NCBI GenBank assembly: GCA_019057385.1
Contig: JAHQJS010000007.1
Span: 811,685 to 875,684 of the forward strand
Length of the DNA stretch: 64,000 nt
Reading direction: 5' to 3'
Source of the DNA: Candidatus Borrarchaeum weybense
GTDB lineage: Archaea; Asgardarchaeota; Sifarchaeia; Borrarchaeales; Borrarchaeaceae
Notes under the pieces: generated by a model
Seen by the model: the letters and a program-made list of their open reading frames with translations, nothing else
What the model was told of the DNA's origin: nothing
The model's database searches: none
Made by a program: the position numbers and the translations under genes
Shown: positions 60,735-64,000 of the stretch, piece by piece
Numbering within the stretch: position 1 is the first letter of the stretch
Layout: each line of letters opens with the position of its first letter

Positions 60735-61134
60735 AGGTGCGACCACTTCATTGCTGTATAAAAGTCTTATTGTACAACATTCAGCAATCAAATCCTTCTG
60801 AAATAAGTTACAATTTAGTATGTTTTCTGCGTCGAAGTCGAAGCGAGGGGCATCGATAATAAATTTGAAGATTATAAAAGAGAGATATAGAACAAAATGG
60901 GTGATACTAGAGGATAAAAAAGACAATAAAAATCAACATATTGCAAAAACTTACGTTTTAAGATTTCGTTCATATTCATTCGATTTGTAGTTTACTCAGG
61001 AAAATTTTATATCCATAAACCTTAATATTACATCTCTACAAATTTTTTATTAATGTACTAGAAGTTTTATATAAGTCTGAAAAACTTGTGATATTTGAAG
61101 AGCACAATTATTAGAAATATTATCTCACAAGAAG

Positions 61135-61977
61135 GTGATATTACATTTGATAAAAATCTCCATCGTTAAAGCGGGTAATATCGCTACGTCAACAGTTATT
61201 GATATTATTTTAGATGAACGAGCTCATAGAGAAGACATCATGATTAGAACCTTTGGCACTGGCTCAAAAATGCAATTAGAGTATATTAAAGAGGTTGTAG
61301 AAATTGCTGTTGCCATTGATCCCGATTTACTAATTTTTGTAGGACCAAATATTTCCTCAAAACGGAATATAGAAACTGCAAATATCTTAAAAGAATTAAA
61401 TATGCCAATTATTTTGATAGGAGATGCAAAAGACCTCAAGATTACTGAAATACTAGATTCATTCAATATCGGTTATATTATTTTGGAAGGCGATCCGTTA
61501 CTTGGGGCTAAAAGAGCAATACTTGATTCTACAGAAATGGTATTATTTAATGCTAATATATTGAAAGTGCTTTCAGTCTCGGGAACAATCCGTTTATTGC
61601 AACATGAATTGAATAAAGTAATCACTAGTCTGAAAGATAAAGGAATCCATCTCCCTAAAATAATAGTGAGTTCTGATCTTGCACTGCAATATGCTGGTAT
61701 CAAAAATCCCTACGCTCATGCAAAAGCAAAAGCCGCCTACGAAATGAATATCCTAGTCCACAAGTTAAATTACCAAGGTTGTTTTGTTCTTAAGAAGAAA
61801 GATGAATACATCCCCTGTGTAATTAGTGCACATGAATTGGCGGAGTCCGCTGCAGACCTGGCGCAAACAGCAAGGAATATTGAAAAAATCAATGATTCTA
61901 TTTTAAGAGATCCCCATGATCGATTTGGACAAATATTGAAAAAGACAAGTCTCTATGAAGATTTATCTGTCATTTAA
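61135..61977 (+). CDS. mtd: F420-dependent methylene-H4MPT dehydrogenase
   Basis: KAGNIA.S...LDERA.REDI, G.GSKM, D..LGAKR..LD.TEM..FN, NPYA.AKA.AA, R.PH. Confidence 0.88.
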   Translation: MILHLIKISIVKAGNIATSTVIDIILDERAHREDIMIRTFGTGSKMQLEYIKEVVEIAVAIDPDLLIFVGPNISSKRNIETANILKELNMPIILIGDAKDLKITEILDSFNIGYIILEGDPLLGAKRAILDSTEMVLFNANILKVLSVSGTIRLLQHELNKVITSLKDKGIHLPKIIVSSDLALQYAGIKNPYAHAKAKAAYEMNILVHKLNYQGCFVLKKKDEYIPCVISAHELAESAADLAQTARNIEKINDSILRDPHDRFGQILKKTSLYEDLSVI

Positions 61978-62184
61978 ATCGAGAGCGATGTAACTTCAAA
62001 CCAATCGCTTATTTCTTTGTTAATAAACGTTTTAGAAGTTAGTAGAATCTCAAATGATCATAGAAATGTGTTAGATCTTTTAACGAAAAAATAAGTTAAC
62101 TAAGCACTTTTATAGGAGTTCTGAGTATTATAGAATGACTAAAGTGACATAGACGACAAGTAGTTTTTACTCTAAGGGATTAGT

Positions 62185-63117
62185 ATGATAGAAAAATTTG
62201 ACATTATCATCATAGGTGCGGGGTGTGCTGGTCTAGCTGCTGGGATATACGCTGGGCGTTTTGGATTAAGCACTGCGATATTTGATAAACAACTTCCTGG
62301 TGGTCAGATAAACCTCACGGATGTTGTTGAAAACTACCCTGGATATGAAATGATATCAGGACAAGATCTATCAGAGATAATGGTGAAGCAAGTAGAGAAT
62401 GCCGGTGCAAAAATCTTTGAATTTGAAGAGATTCGTGATTTAGATCTCTCGCAACCAATAAAAAAGGTAGTTAGTGAGATGGGAGAATACGAAGCTAAGG
62501 TTGTAATTCTTACAACAGGATCAAATTACAGAAGATTAGGTATTCCTGGTGAGAAAGAATATACAGGAAAAGGCGTGAGTTATTGTGCAACGTGTGATGG
62601 CCAACTTTATAAAAAAAAGAAGGTCATAACAGTTGGGGGAGGAGATGTCGCTGCAACTTATACAAGATATCTTAAAGAAATTGACGTTAATGTGCGTTTA
62701 GTCCATAGAAGAGATCAATTACGTGCTAAAGAATCATTGCAAAAGGATTTAGAGCGTCTTGGTGTCGAGATTATCTGGGATACTATAGTTACAGAAATCT
62801 TTGGCGATGATGAAAGCGTTACTGGTGCGAAACTGAAAAACATCAATACAAGTGAAGAAACAAAAATGGAGCTGGATGGCGTTTTTATCCATATCGGGAG
62901 CCTGCCAACTAACGACTTATCCAAAAAAGCGGGTATTGAACTTGACGAGCGTGGATACATTATTGTCAATAAAAAGAATGAAACAAATATACTAGGAATT
63001 TATGCTGCAGGAGATAATACTGGAAGTGAAGCTCAGTTAGCGATAGTAGTTGGTGAAGGTGTTAATGCCGCTATCCATGCCTATCAGTATATAAAAGGGG
63101 GATGGAATGGCTCTTGA
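62185..63117 (+). CDS. trxB: Thioredoxin reductase
   Basis: IIGAG.AGL.A, GGQ, VENYPG, GVSYCATCDG, HRRD. Confidence 0.9.
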   Translation: MIEKFDIIIIGAGCAGLAAGIYAGRFGLSTAIFDKQLPGGQINLTDVVENYPGYEMISGQDLSEIMVKQVENAGAKIFEFEEIRDLDLSQPIKKVVSEMGEYEAKVVILTTGSNYRRLGIPGEKEYTGKGVSYCATCDGQLYKKKKVITVGGGDVAATYTRYLKEIDVNVRLVHRRDQLRAKESLQKDLERLGVEIIWDTIVTEIFGDDESVTGAKLKNINTSEETKMELDGVFIHIGSLPTNDLSKKAGIELDERGYIIVNKKNETNILGIYAAGDNTGSEAQLAIVVGEGVNAAIHAYQYIKGGWNGS

Positions 63118-63223
63118 ACGAAACTACTACTAGATACTGGCTTCCTATTTCACAAACAATACTTGATTTCGTTAAAGGTGCTTTTATCATTAATGAAAAC
63201 TGAACAAAGAAATCATTTCGAGC

Positions 63224-63907
63224 TCAATAGGTATCTTGTTCACATTGGTGACCAATATACTCGCCGCTGTACTCTTTCCTTCTATGTTCACACTTACGAG
63301 GGCAGTATTCACACGTCACATAATCATTAGGAGTTGCAGCAAAAACTCCTGAGATTGATTTTTTGGGCAACATTAAATAAGTTGGCGTAAGACGGACTCC
63401 GATTGTATTTGGATCTATGATCTTAAATAATACTTCTTGCTGATTGATATTAAAGAGTCTACCTGTACCTGTTCCTGGTGAAAAATTGTTTATATCGTTC
63501 CCTAGTTTTTCCTTAGCTAGAGAGCTTATATAAAGCCTTGCCTTATCTAAAACATAATCTGCTATCTGTTCCATAACGAATGCTTTAAGGATATTAATCT
63601 TTGACTCTTTTGATGTATATGTTTCAAGTTGAGATCCTATTGTAACAACATGAGGAACAATTGTTTGATCATTTTCTACTGAGTCTCCAAGGATTATACT
63701 CTTTATACTGTATCCATTGTCTACTTGGATCTCGGAATTATTAACCTTGGTTACTTGCACGAACTTGTAAACAGCTTTTGGCTCAATTAGTTCTATACAT
63801 TCATCTATAAGCGGTACAACATCTTTTTCTCTTATCCTTCTTTTACCTAGTGTTTCCAGTAAATCATCAACATCCAATTCGAAAGGGATAGGATCGATTA
63901 CTTCCAT
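63224..63907 (-). CDS. Methionine synthase activation-domain-like protein, copy 2
   Basis: Close paralog of 59632-60315. Confidence 0.78.
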   Translation of the reverse strand: MEVIDPIPFELDVDDLLETLGKRRIREKDVVPLIDECIELIEPKAVYKFVQVTKVNNSEIQVDNGYSIKSIILGDSVENDQTIVPHVVTIGSQLETYTSKESKINILKAFVMEQIADYVLDKARLYISSLAKEKLGNDINNFSPGTGTGRLFNINQQEVLFKIIDPNTIGVRLTPTYLMLPKKSISGVFAATPNDYVTCEYCPRKCEHRRKEYSGEYIGHQCEQDTY

Positions 63908-64000
63908 GGCAACGCTCTCCTTAATTTACATAAACTCAATTCATTGTAGATGATATATTGCCAGTGACATATAACAATTTCGATATAACAGTTGAGGTTG

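Noticed and set aside
60332-60926. ORFs 60332-60682 and 60645-60926
   Set aside because: No recognisable homology or SD, and they overlap the candidate RNA and its promoter; a decayed gene cannot be excluded.
63100-63130. TGA stop of trxB as possible selenocysteine
   Set aside because: No GCUG-type motif, the low-MW TrxR is complete with CATC, read-through runs antisense into the next gene, and no SECIS was recognised.
1-64000. CRISPR arrays, tRNA, rRNA, pyrrolysine read-through, and the many short antisense ORFs in the track
   Set aside because: No regularly spaced repeats, cloverleafs, rRNA signatures or in-frame TAG methyltransferases seen; the antisense ORFs are shadows of well-supported genes.

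Overview
AT-rich archaeal window, most consistent with an Asgard-type anaerobe (stand-alone roadblock protein, HEAT-repeat paralogs, GGTGA/GGAGG Shine-Dalgarno sites, TATA promoters; taxonomy is inference). Left half: redox and fatty-acid metabolism (two FAD-oxidase + HdrD/GlcF-like pairs, PorAB, HdrA-MvhD fusion, EtfBA, two acyl-CoA dehydrogenases) and a tandem array of an unknown 220-aa family. Right half: a cobamide salvage cluster (cbiB, cbiZ, cobS, cobY, cobT, cobD, ECF transporter) and a methylotrophy-type cluster (RamA/RACo-like activator, three MtrH paralogs, corrinoid protein + methyltransferase, corrinoid-wHTH fusion, two MetH-activation-domain proteins, Mtd). Several IS200/IS605 TnpB elements are present with a size series of ORF-less derivatives (~290 bp and ~50 bp). 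Most notable: three intergenic, TATA-preceded minus-strand loci (~33.7, ~45.6, ~60.7 kb) share the motif UCUAUCUCUCC...GAUCC, in two cases inside a long stem. This motif is complementary to the ribosome-binding leader of the corrinoid-protein gene (56989-57012). It is a candidate undescribed paralogous sRNA/riboregulator family linking B12 supply to methyl transfer, located alongside an unusual B12-binding transcription factor.
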